The notes beneath the pieces are model-generated. The model was not told the DNA's origin and ran no database searches. It saw only the letters and a list, made by a program, of their open reading frames with translations. Both the position numbers and the translations under genes were made by a program. A DNA stretch of 64,000 nt from Nitrospira sp. (GTDB lineage: Bacteria; Nitrospirota; Nitrospiria; Nitrospirales; Nitrospiraceae): assembly GCA_024330925.1 (NCBI GenBank), contig JANDJK010000003.1:2075-66074 (forward strand). Direction: 5' to 3'. Shown piece after piece: positions 42,488-51,551 of the stretch (position 1 is the first letter of the stretch; every line of letters begins with the position of its first letter).

Positions 42488-43939
42488 TCATGAAGCGGTT
42501 TTGACCGCTCGTCCTGTTTCTTGCCTTTGCAGAATCTCGACAGCTTGTTCCAACTTCATGCCTCGCGATCCCTTGACCAGAACTACATCGCCCGATCGCG
42601 CAAGAGCCTTGACCACTTCTCCGGCACGTGCTGCATCAGGAACGAGTACAATCCGGGATCGATCAAGCCCTCCCCGCTCCGCTCCCGCCGCGACATGTCG
42701 CCCCCACGATCCACACACCACCAGTTGACTGATCCCCTGCTCCGCCACAAATACCCCCACCTCTTCGTGCATCGAAGCAGCCGCAGATCCCAACTCCAAC
42801 ATATCTCCCAGGAGCGCAATGGTCTTTCTCCCTTGCCCACGCTGCGCCAACAGTCGAATAGCTGCCTTCATCGAAGCCGGGTTCGCGTTGTAACAATCAT
42901 TGATAATCGTAATACCGCAGCTCATGAAGACTTGCGATCGCATCGCCACCGGCCTGAAGCAGGACAATCCTTCTACAATGGACATTGGGGGCACCCCCAA
43001 GAGGTTACCAACCGCCGCAGCGGCCAGCGCATTAGCTACATTGTGTTCTCCCTGTACACGCAGCCGCACAGCAACCGGACGGACCTTGCCAGGTAACCAC
43101 AACCGAAAAAAAGTTCCTCGATTCTCCACCCTGATCTGAGTCGCACGAACATCCGCTTTGTGTGTAAAGCCAAATGACACCACACGGCAGCGACTCCTCG
43201 ACGCCAAGTGTTCGAAATAGGGGTCGTCCGCATTCAACACAGCCGCCCCGTCCTCTGGCAGCCACGCAAGCAACTCGGCCTTGGCCCGCATCGACCCCTC
43301 CATCCCACCGAAAAACTCTAGGTGATCGGGACCAATGTTGGTGATGAGGCCGACGGTGGGTCTTGCAATTTCACAGAGCCTTGTTGTTTGGCCGACGCGA
43401 TCGACACCCATCTCGATCACAGCCGCCTCGTGTCGGCCATCCAGACGGAGCAACGTTTGGGGCACGCCGATCCGATTGTTGAGATTGCCTTCGGTTTTTA
43501 GCACCTTCCAGCGCTGAGCTAAAACACTGGCCACCATCTCTTTGGTCGTGGTTTTGCCATTGCTGCCAGTCACCGCCACCACAGGGATATCGAACCGACT
43601 TCGGTGATGGGAGGCAAGCTGTTGGTAGGCCAACAAGGGATCACGGACCCCTAAGAGAAGCGGCAGTCGTTCATTGCCTCCTCGCCTGTTCACCAATGCC
43701 GCTGCATGAAAGGTGTCCTGCACAATGGCTCCCATCGCTCCCCCCTCAATCGCCGCTCCAACAAAATCGTGGCCATCGAATCGGTCTCCCACAATCGCCA
43801 CAAAGAGGTCACCACGGCGGATCGACCGACTATCCAGATGGATCCGTCGAATAGGCAGTTTGAGCCACCCGGGACACTCACCGGCTAGAACCTTGGTGCT
43901 GATGACTTCTCTCAGTTCTTCAACAGTAAACAGCGGCAT
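42488..43939 (-). CDS. murF: UDP-MurNAc-tripeptide D-Ala-D-Ala ligase
   Basis: GSNGKTTTK, NNRIGVP, EMG, DCYNANP, LGDMLELG, KGSRGM. Confidence 0.97.
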   Translation of the reverse strand: MPLFTVEELREVISTKVLAGECPGWLKLPIRRIHLDSRSIRRGDLFVAIVGDRFDGHDFVGAAIEGGAMGAIVQDTFHAAALVNRRGGNERLPLLLGVRDPLLAYQQLASHHRSRFDIPVVAVTGSNGKTTTKEMVASVLAQRWKVLKTEGNLNNRIGVPQTLLRLDGRHEAAVIEMGVDRVGQTTRLCEIARPTVGLITNIGPDHLEFFGGMEGSMRAKAELLAWLPEDGAAVLNADDPYFEHLASRSRCRVVSFGFTHKADVRATQIRVENRGTFFRLWLPGKVRPVAVRLRVQGEHNVANALAAAAVGNLLGVPPMSIVEGLSCFRPVAMRSQVFMSCGITIINDCYNANPASMKAAIRLLAQRGQGRKTIALLGDMLELGSAAASMHEEVGVFVAEQGISQLVVCGSWGRHVAAGAERGGLDRSRIVLVPDAARAGEVVKALARSGDVVLVKGSRGMKLEQAVEILQRQETGRAVKTAS

Positions 43940-43982
43940 GGCGATGGTCTTCCTCTTCACCACTGATTCAACGATGCACATC

Positions 43983-45494
43983 TCAGACGCAGGATTTGAG
44001 CCGGTCAATAGCCTCCCGCGCTACCTCTCGATCGTCAAAATGAAACTTTTGGGTCCCGACAACCTGATAATCTTCATGTCCCTTGCCGGCAATCACCACC
44101 ATGTCATTCGGACGAGCCAGACGGATGGCCGTCTCAATCGCTTCACGCCGGTCAGCTATCTTTTGATAGTGGACCTGAGGCCGTTCTGTCATAGCCTCAC
44201 GGATGCCTACCTCGACGTCCTCAAGAATCGATAACGGATCTTCGGTCCTCGGATTATCCGAGGTCAAAATCACCACATCGCTGAAGCGCACAGCCGCTTT
44301 TCCCATCTTGGGTCTCTTTCCACGATCACGATCTCCGCCACATCCAAAAACCGTGATGATGCGACCAGTCCTCACAGTCTGTACCGCCATCAACAAACGG
44401 ATTAAAGCGTCTTCCGTATGCGCGTAATCGACGACCACCGTAAACGGCTGGCCCGCTAGCACTCGTTCAAACCTCCCCGGCACATTCGTCACGCGCGCCA
44501 CCGCCTCTTGGATCTGAGCCGGCGTCGCTCCCTCATGCAAGGCAACCCCAATCGAGGCCAGTAGGTTATAGACGTTGTGTTCTCCAACGAGATGGCTGTG
44601 GACTGAAAAGGACCCGGCTGGCGTCCGGACGGTGAACATCGTGCCGTCGATCGACAAGTGAACCTGGTCAGCCTGCAGATCAGCCTTGGCTCTGATGCCG
44701 TAGGTCCAAACCGGGGCAGGACACAGCCGCGCGATCCGCTCACCAGCAGGATCATCAATATTAACGATGGCCCGCTTGTTTGGCTTGGCCGTGCCGGTGA
44801 GGCCGGTAAACAGCCGCAGCTTCGCCTGGAAATACGCCTCCATGGTCTTATGAAAATCGAGATGATCCTGCGTCAGATTGGTAAACACCGCCACATCATA
44901 TTCGCAGCCAGCCGTACGATCTTGTGCCAACGCATGGGACGACACCTCCATCACAACCGTCGTGCAGCGATCCTTGACCATCTTGGCCAACAACTGCTGC
45001 AGCTCTAACGCACCAGGTGTGGTCTGAGAAGCGGGGAGCGCCTCCGCACCAATCTGATAGGACACGGTGCCAAGCAACCCAACGCGGGCCCCTGCTGTTT
45101 CCAAGATGGTCTTGCATAGGTAAGTGGTCGTTGTCTTGCCGTTCGTGCCCGTAACACCGATCATTCGCATTTGGGAGGATGGATCACCGTAGAAACGGCT
45201 TGCAAGAAACCCCAGCGCCTTCCTTGAGTCCGCTACACGCACGCAAGGCATCGAACCATCCGCAATTGGCATCATTGCCTGCTCCACTACGAGCGCAACC
45301 GCCCCTGCTGTTAGCGCGTTGGGAATGAAGTGGTGGCCATCCTTCTGCTCCCCCTTGACAGCTACAAACAGACTGCCCGGCTGAACGGATCGCGAATCAT
45401 TGGTGATGGCCTTGAGGGAGACGGTGAGGTCCCCCTGGGTGTCGATCACCCTGACTTGCCCCTCCAGTGCTCGAAGCAACTCAGCAACGGTCAT
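43983..45494 (-). CDS. murE: UDP-MurNAc-Ala-Glu meso-DAP ligase
   Basis: TGTNGKTT, MEVSSH, DYAHT, GDRDRGKR, SDNPR (DAP-type motif), AGKGHE. Confidence 0.98.
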   Translation of the reverse strand: MTVAELLRALEGQVRVIDTQGDLTVSLKAITNDSRSVQPGSLFVAVKGEQKDGHHFIPNALTAGAVALVVEQAMMPIADGSMPCVRVADSRKALGFLASRFYGDPSSQMRMIGVTGTNGKTTTTYLCKTILETAGARVGLLGTVSYQIGAEALPASQTTPGALELQQLLAKMVKDRCTTVVMEVSSHALAQDRTAGCEYDVAVFTNLTQDHLDFHKTMEAYFQAKLRLFTGLTGTAKPNKRAIVNIDDPAGERIARLCPAPVWTYGIRAKADLQADQVHLSIDGTMFTVRTPAGSFSVHSHLVGEHNVYNLLASIGVALHEGATPAQIQEAVARVTNVPGRFERVLAGQPFTVVVDYAHTEDALIRLLMAVQTVRTGRIITVFGCGGDRDRGKRPKMGKAAVRFSDVVILTSDNPRTEDPLSILEDVEVGIREAMTERPQVHYQKIADRREAIETAIRLARPNDMVVIAGKGHEDYQVVGTQKFHFDDREVAREAIDRLKSCV

Positions 45495-45496
45495 TC

Positions 45497-45525
45497 TCAA
45501 TTCCTCGATATTCAATTCCTCGATA
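45497..45525. repeat. Tandem duplication TCAATTCCTCGATA-T-TCAATTCCTCGATA
   Basis: Read directly; immediately upstream of the murE start. Confidence 0.8.
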
Positions 45526-45543
45526 CGCCAGGTTCCATTCTCA

Positions 45544-47265
45544 TCATTCCCTGATTGCCATGGCCATCTGGACCGGCTCATGCGATGGGACGCCCCAATA
45601 CTTGAGGACCTGCTCCCCCACCCGGCGAAACACCGGAGCAGCCACGACTCCCCCCCATGTCTCACCGGTTGGTTCATCAATCACCACAATCATGGCGAGC
45701 TTGGGGTCCTCGGCCGGCACGTACCCCACAAATGAACTGACGAACTTGCTGGTCGAATAGGTGCGCGTGCGAGGATCGATTTTCTGCGCTGTCCCCGTTT
45801 TTCCCGCCACGCGAAATCCGTTGATGGCCGCTTTGCTTCCTGTGCCATCCGTCACCACCCCTTCGAGGATTGCAGTAACGGTGCGCGCCGTTTCTGGAGC
45901 AATCACCCGCCGCTTGGCAGTCGGCAGCATGCGCTTGAGAATCCGGCCTTGGCCATCGCGGATTTCGGAGACCACATAGGGCTTCATTAACATTCCGCCG
46001 TTCGCAATGGCCGCCACCGCCGACACCATCTGAATCGCCGTGACACCGATTTCCTGCCCCATCGCAAGTGAAGCGATTGTCCGTTTTCCCCAGTCACGCG
46101 GCGGCTTGAACAATCCCGCTGTTTCACCCGGCAGATCGATTTCTGTCCGCTCTCCAAAACCAAAGGCTCGGAGGTAACGGTACAGCCGCTCCTCCCCCAA
46201 CGCCATCCCAACCTTGGCCGCTCCAACATTGCTCGACTTCCAAATCACCTGCGCGAACGACATCCAGCCGAACCGCTCATGATCATGAATCACGGTGTTG
46301 GCCACCGTCATGCGACCCTGTTCGCCATAGATCAACGTCTGCGGCGTCATGACCCCCTCTTCAATTGCCGCGGCTGCGATGATTGCCTTCATAGTTGAAC
46401 CAGGCTCGTAGGCATCCGTGACTGCTCGGTTACGCCACTGCTCCGGCTTAAAACCGGCACGGGAATTAGGATTGAACCGCGGGCTGACCGCCAGAGCCAA
46501 CACCGCTCCCGTCGAAGGATCCAGCATAATAGCGGTCCCAGACTTGGCTCGCGTCCGCATGACGGCTTCATCCAATTCTTTCTCCACGATATATTGGATG
46601 ACTTCGTCCACCGTCAGGACCAACTGATGACCAGGGGCAGCAACGGTTTCCTCCCACAATCCCTTGGGAAATACTGTACGGCCCTTGGCGTCTTGCTGAA
46701 GAACAATTGTCCGTTTTTCGCCCCGTAGTTCCTCATCATATCGGCGCTCGATGCCTTCTAACCCCTCTCCATCCAACCCCGCAAAACCCAGAACGTGTGA
46801 CAAGAGCGGCCCCTTCGGATAAAACCGTCGGCCTTCCATTTTGATGCCGATCCCCTCCATCGAAGCCAGGCGCTCAACCTGTCGCCCCGTTTCAGGGTCC
46901 AATTTCCGCGCAAGCCATACAAACGCCCGCGGTTGGCTCAGCTTTCGTTCCAGCTCCTCGCTACGCACATGCAAAATGGGAGCAAGGGCCCGCGCCACCC
47001 GGGCCGGACTGTCCAGCGCCGTTGGCACCCCATATACCGATGGCACCTCCACGTTCATGGCCAACATTGTCCCGTGACGATCGAGGATGGCCCCCCGCAT
47101 TCCCTCCAACGAGACAATTCTTTGATGTTGACGATCCGCCTTAACCGTTAATTCCGCAGCCTGCAAAACCTGCAACATCACTAATCTAGACAGTACTACG
47201 CCGAACCCGCTTAAAAGCAACAAGATCGTAAAGTATCGACGTCTGTGGGAGCGGAGGGTCGTCAC
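45544..47265 (-). CDS. ftsI: Division transpeptidase PBP3
   Basis: RGAILDR, EPGSTMK (SxxK), SSN (SxN), GKTGTAQ (KTG). Confidence 0.96.
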   Translation of the reverse strand: MTTLRSHRRRYFTILLLLSGFGVVLSRLVMLQVLQAAELTVKADRQHQRIVSLEGMRGAILDRHGTMLAMNVEVPSVYGVPTALDSPARVARALAPILHVRSEELERKLSQPRAFVWLARKLDPETGRQVERLASMEGIGIKMEGRRFYPKGPLLSHVLGFAGLDGEGLEGIERRYDEELRGEKRTIVLQQDAKGRTVFPKGLWEETVAAPGHQLVLTVDEVIQYIVEKELDEAVMRTRAKSGTAIMLDPSTGAVLALAVSPRFNPNSRAGFKPEQWRNRAVTDAYEPGSTMKAIIAAAAIEEGVMTPQTLIYGEQGRMTVANTVIHDHERFGWMSFAQVIWKSSNVGAAKVGMALGEERLYRYLRAFGFGERTEIDLPGETAGLFKPPRDWGKRTIASLAMGQEIGVTAIQMVSAVAAIANGGMLMKPYVVSEIRDGQGRILKRMLPTAKRRVIAPETARTVTAILEGVVTDGTGSKAAINGFRVAGKTGTAQKIDPRTRTYSTSKFVSSFVGYVPAEDPKLAMIVVIDEPTGETWGGVVAAPVFRRVGEQVLKYWGVPSHEPVQMAMAIRE

Positions 47266-47600
47266 TCGTGCTTTCCCTCCGCATCATTGACATCGTGACG
47301 CGCAATGCGGATTTCGCCTGGCAGTGTTCGATGAGCAGGGGCGCTAGCTGGTCTGACTTCGACCATGACGACCTGTCCTGCACGAGGCACCACCATTCCC
47401 AGTTGCTCGGTCGCCACCTTCGCAATACGATCCGGTGCGGTGAGGGCAGACACTTGCATACGGAGGTGGTCACGATCCCGTTCAAGACGAGCTTTTTCGG
47501 TCTTTAGTCGTTCGATGTGATAGCCGAGCCGCACGATATCCACCCGCTCCCACACAAAGACCAACGCAAGGCACAAGCCGAAAACCACCAACACTCTCAT
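47262..47600 (-). CDS. ftsL: Cell division protein FtsL
   Basis: Single TM plus coiled coil (...ALTAPDRIAKVATEQLGM); position between rsmH and ftsI. Confidence 0.88.
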   Translation of the reverse strand: MRVLVVFGLCLALVFVWERVDIVRLGYHIERLKTEKARLERDRDHLRMQVSALTAPDRIAKVATEQLGMVVPRAGQVVMVEVRPASAPAHRTLPGEIRIARHDVNDAEGKHE

Positions 47601-48523
47601 GATGTCGTCCTTTCTCTCTTCCGTTCGACGACTCGCAGCTTAGCGCTTCGAGCCCGTGGGTTCGCCTGACATTCTCCTGCTAGAGGAATGATAGGCTTGG
47701 GAGTTAGCACGGACAGACAGGCACCTGGCCCTTGCGCTAAGGAACGAAACGTCCGTTTGACGATACGATCCTCGATTGAATGAAAGGAGATAACGCCCAT
47801 TCTCCCCCCCAACGCCAATACATCGACGGCGTCGTGCAATACGGCATCCAAGCCCTCCAATTCTCGGTTCACAGCGATGCGAAGAGCTTGAAATGTGCGG
47901 GTTGCGCAGTGAATCCGTCCGTGCCGATAGACGGAGGGCACCGCTCGTACAATGATGGAGGCCAGTTCGCTGGTCGTTTGAATCGTCTTTCGCTCTCTCG
48001 CCCGAACGATCGCGCGAGCAATTCGTCGGGCGTACCGTTCTTCTCCGTACTGGTAAATGATGTCCGCCAACACCGATTCCGACTCCTCATTGACTACTGC
48101 CGCTGCTGTTCTTCCTGTCGTCTGGTCCATACGCATATCGAGAGGGCCATCAGCTCGAAAACTAAACCCGCGCCGGGGATCATCAAGTTGCGGAGACGAC
48201 ACTCCCAAATCAAACAGCACTCCTCCTACCCTTGAGACATTCATCTCAGCGAGGTGCCGCTTGAGATCGCGATAATCACCCCACTTCAATACCACTCGGT
48301 CTCCAAATTCAGCCAACCGCTCTTTCGCATACCTAATGGCTTGGAGATCCCGATCCAGCCCCACCAGTCTCATGGTGGGGGGTGAACATCTCAGCAAGGC
48401 CTCAGCATGTCCACCATATCCCACCGTGCAGTCCACAATCAGAGAAGGATTGGCTTGTAAAAGCCAGAAAACTATCTCTTCCACCAGGACAGGAACATGA
48501 CAAAAACTTCTGCTCTCTTTCAA
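47597..48523 (-). CDS. rsmH: 16S rRNA m4C1402 methyltransferase
   Basis: HVPVL, DCTVGYGGH, DLGVSSPQLD, PLDMRM, FQALRIAVN, SFHSIED, NPRARSAKLR. TTG at 48523 with GGAG 8 nt upstream gives a normal-length 308-aa protein. Confidence 0.95.
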   Translation of the reverse strand: MKESRSFCHVPVLVEEIVFWLLQANPSLIVDCTVGYGGHAEALLRCSPPTMRLVGLDRDLQAIRYAKERLAEFGDRVVLKWGDYRDLKRHLAEMNVSRVGGVLFDLGVSSPQLDDPRRGFSFRADGPLDMRMDQTTGRTAAAVVNEESESVLADIIYQYGEERYARRIARAIVRARERKTIQTTSELASIIVRAVPSVYRHGRIHCATRTFQALRIAVNRELEGLDAVLHDAVDVLALGGRMGVISFHSIEDRIVKRTFRSLAQGPGACLSVLTPKPIIPLAGECQANPRARSAKLRVVERKRERTTS

Positions 48524-48547
48524 CCACTCTTCTCCACTTTCTACCAC
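48524..48547 (-). promoter_or_regulatory. Three 10-bp-phased GTGG boxes (MraZ-binding-repeat-like)
   Basis: Minus strand reads GTGGtagaaa GTGGagaaga GTGG, directly downstream of the dcw promoter. Confidence 0.65.
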
Positions 48548-48557
48548 ATCGTGAGGG

Positions 48558-48585
48558 AGTATACTCCCCTCGCTCTTGTTGTCAA
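48558..48585 (-). promoter_or_regulatory. Putative sigma70 promoter of the dcw cluster
   Basis: TTGACA-16-TATACT. Confidence 0.6.
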
Positions 48586-48706
48586 TGGGAATCTGAGATT
48601 CTAACCCTTTCATATTGCACATCTTCTTCCCCTGCCTCCTCTTTGTTGCCTTGCCTATCGTTCGGCTTTCCCATCCCGTCAAATAGCGGTGGTTGATTCT
48701 TAGCGT

Positions 48707-49828
48707 TTGATTGACAGCTCAAAACCATCGAGGAGACAATGGTGCATGATTGTTCATCGGGACCGTCACCCCTTTCTCCTCCCTGCCCTCATCCTTGCCT
48801 TGGCCTGGAACGCTTGGCCAACCTCTCGATGCGAGGCCCAACATTTTCAGCCGGACAATCCCCGCAATCCCCCAGCGCCGGTCTATTGGTGCCCCCACAC
48901 AACACCGGCTCAACAAATCACAGTGAAACCCCTTGCCGGCTGCCGCCCTCTCTACGACAAGCAGGAAGACGAGTCCTTACAGGAAGAAGCAACAAGGCTG
49001 GGTATCGATCTCCCTGAACGGATACCTCTTAAGATGGTGGACATCCAGCCTGCAGCCACCAAGTTTTCCGATCGCTACCGGCACTTCCTTGACTGTTGTG
49101 TGATCGACAAGGAATCGCCGCGAGTGGTCATGAGGCTGATTGATGAAGCCAACCACATCCTCCATGCTATTCAGCACCACGGCATCTTCTATGCGGCTGG
49201 CTTTAGAGTTGACTCAGGGCGCAGTGGGCTGGGGGGAGGGCCGGAACAGGCACCAACGGTGGGAACCATTGCACGGCACTTTACCTTCAATGAGATCGTC
49301 GGTCCAGTCGCCCATGCGCGCGAAGACTTGCTACGCCTTTGGCAACACTTAAAACGCGTGGAGGGCTTGCAACAAAACTTGGCGGACTTGGCGGAGCAAG
49401 ACAATGAAACAACCGGACACATCCGACAGCTTCTTCTCGAAGAAGCAGAAGCCATGCGACAAGAGTTCCGCGCCCACCACCTTCCCTCATCGGCCCCAAC
49501 CGGCATGGACATCGAAGACACAACCTTGCTTACCAGAATCGGCAGCGACATCGAAGACACTGCTCTCAACGCTCATGTCGGTACCGATATCGGCGCAGCC
49601 GTCTCTCCCTCCAGCAACATCTATGAATCGATCAGGCCACGACAAGGCGAAGCTGTGCACGACAGTCTGTTGCCCTATCGGTCCGGTCTAGCTGTAGGGG
49701 ATACCGTTCTTCCTAACAGCACGGCGTTCGACATTGATGCGGTGCAAAACCGAGAAGGGTCTTCAACTCTTCCCTTACGTCGCGTGGGACCTTCCATTGG
49801 CGATTCAGACTTAAACCGCCGCCGATAA
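48707..49828 (+). CDS. Secreted hypothetical protein with C-terminal ~13-aa repeats
   Basis: Signal-like LLPALILALAWNA, Cys-containing N-domain, helical middle, repeats of type GxDIEDTxL; start probably 48746. Confidence 0.7.
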   Translation: MIDSSKPSRRQWCMIVHRDRHPFLLPALILALAWNAWPTSRCEAQHFQPDNPRNPPAPVYWCPHTTPAQQITVKPLAGCRPLYDKQEDESLQEEATRLGIDLPERIPLKMVDIQPAATKFSDRYRHFLDCCVIDKESPRVVMRLIDEANHILHAIQHHGIFYAAGFRVDSGRSGLGGGPEQAPTVGTIARHFTFNEIVGPVAHAREDLLRLWQHLKRVEGLQQNLADLAEQDNETTGHIRQLLLEEAEAMRQEFRAHHLPSSAPTGMDIEDTTLLTRIGSDIEDTALNAHVGTDIGAAVSPSSNIYESIRPRQGEAVHDSLLPYRSGLAVGDTVLPNSTAFDIDAVQNREGSSTLPLRRVGPSIGDSDLNRRR

Positions 49829-49833
49829 CCCGA

Positions 49834-50943
49834 TCACTGCTGGCTCACCACCGGTGGCATGGCTTCCCACGTCTCGCCAGCATCGAGGCTACGGTACAGC
49901 CCACTGCCATTAGTGCCAGCATAGAACAGCCGTGGATTGATCATGCTTTGCACCAGTGCTCGCACATTCGTCGTAACCAACCCCTGATTGATCGTTGTCC
50001 AAGTCATGCCACCATCTTCGCTTCGGTGGATGCCATCACGTCCAGCCAGATACACCACACCTTTTCGCGCTCGATCCAACACCATCGCCACGATCATCTG
50101 ATCAGCCAAGGATTCGCCAATTCTCTTCCACGACATCCCACCGTCCATGGTTTTGTAGAGCCCAGCAAGGGTTGCGGCATAGACCGTATCAGGCTCATAA
50201 GGGTCGACTTGGACGGACGTCACGTTCAGGGCGCGAGATGTCTTCGGCAGAGTGGCCGGTACCAGGCCGTGATTCACCGCCTCCCAATGCTCAGCCAAAT
50301 CAACTGTCTTATAGACACCGCCGCTCGTGCCAGCATACAACACAGTGCGTCTGGTGGGGTCTAGAGCCAGCGCGGTCACCATTAGCACCTCCTTCATGCC
50401 CTCCATTTTTTTGACCCAATGTTCTCCACCGTTTTTGGTCTCAAACACCCCCATCGTTGTGGCAGCAAAGACATGCTGACTGTCCGCCGGATCGATGAGC
50501 AATTGATTCACAACCGATGTGATGGTGGCATCGTCTAGCCCCTTTCTCATGGAAACCCACCGCTGCCCTCCATCATGACTTTTATAAACGGCATCTCCCT
50601 TGGTGCCAGCATACACGGTCGCCGGATACCACGGATCGATCGCTAAGGAAATCACACGGGAGTGACTCATGCCCTTAGACAGGTTACTCCACGTACGCCC
50701 CCCGTCTCGGGTCTTGTAGATGTAATCGTTGGTCGCCACATAGAGGATGTCAGGATTGGTAGGATGAGGCTCGATCACAACAATGGCATCGCTGCGATTG
50801 CAGCCAACCATTAACCCGGCCACCATCCCGCCAGCCAACACTGGTGCATATCTCAACAGTCGACAGAGAGTGCCTGTATGACCTCTTGCCATGGAGGAAG
50901 GAAGCAAAGGGCTGAGGGCGAGGATTGTGATTCCTTGCCGCAC
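49834..50943 (-). CDS. BNR/Asp-box (YCF48-like) beta-propeller lipoprotein
   Basis: Lipobox-like LMVGC; six or more SxDGGxxW repeats; YAGT motifs. Confidence 0.85.
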   Translation of the reverse strand: MRQGITILALSPLLPSSMARGHTGTLCRLLRYAPVLAGGMVAGLMVGCNRSDAIVVIEPHPTNPDILYVATNDYIYKTRDGGRTWSNLSKGMSHSRVISLAIDPWYPATVYAGTKGDAVYKSHDGGQRWVSMRKGLDDATITSVVNQLLIDPADSQHVFAATTMGVFETKNGGEHWVKKMEGMKEVLMVTALALDPTRRTVLYAGTSGGVYKTVDLAEHWEAVNHGLVPATLPKTSRALNVTSVQVDPYEPDTVYAATLAGLYKTMDGGMSWKRIGESLADQMIVAMVLDRARKGVVYLAGRDGIHRSEDGGMTWTTINQGLVTTNVRALVQSMINPRLFYAGTNGSGLYRSLDAGETWEAMPPVVSQQ

Positions 50944-51440
50944 TACCGATAGTTCGTAAATTGCAAATCGATCCCAAAATCCTTGCTCTTGAGCAAGGCA
51001 ATCGTTGCCTGCAATGCGTCTTTGCTTCTGCTGGAAACACGTACATGGTTCCCCTGGATCTGCGCTTGAACCTTCAACTTTGCCTCCTTGATTGTCTTGA
51101 CAATCTCTTTGGCGTGCTCAGCTCCCAAGCCACTTTGGATGGTTGCGATTTGTCGGACCGTTCCACCTAGTGCTGGCTCGACGGTGCCATAGTTGAACGC
51201 TTTAAGCGACACCCCTCGTTTCACACATTTAGCCCGAATAATGTCCTGCACCGCCTTGAGCTTGTAGTCGTCATCCGACACGACGACTAGCTGCTTGTCT
51301 TTTTCCTTTAACGTGATTTCCGTCTTCGTATCCTTGAAATCAAACCGTTGCTTGATCTCCTTGTTGGCCTGATCCAGGGCATTTTTGAGTTCCTGCATGC
51401 TCACTTCCGACACCACATCGAATGAGTACTCCTCCGCCAC
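50943..51440 (-). CDS. yajQ: YajQ family nucleotide-binding protein
   Basis: SFDVVSEV, RFDFKD, VQAQIQG..VRVS..SKDALQ, LQFTNYR; SD GGAGGAG before GTG 51440. Confidence 0.96.
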   Translation of the reverse strand: MAEEYSFDVVSEVSMQELKNALDQANKEIKQRFDFKDTKTEITLKEKDKQLVVVSDDDYKLKAVQDIIRAKCVKRGVSLKAFNYGTVEPALGGTVRQIATIQSGLGAEHAKEIVKTIKEAKLKVQAQIQGNHVRVSSRSKDALQATIALLKSKDFGIDLQFTNYR

Positions 51441-51551
51441 ACGCTCCTCCTTTGCCATTTGGGCTCTAGACACACGACCTGCCGAGACTGCGTCTTCCGC
51501 ATCTCAGCCGCGGTGTGACCCCCAACCAGCACAGTGCGCTCCTGCATTTCT

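Noticed and set aside
48524-48682. Long N-terminal extension of RsmH, or an mraZ remnant
   Set aside because: The stretch contains the promoter and operator boxes and shows no MraZ-like residues. The open frame is incidental.
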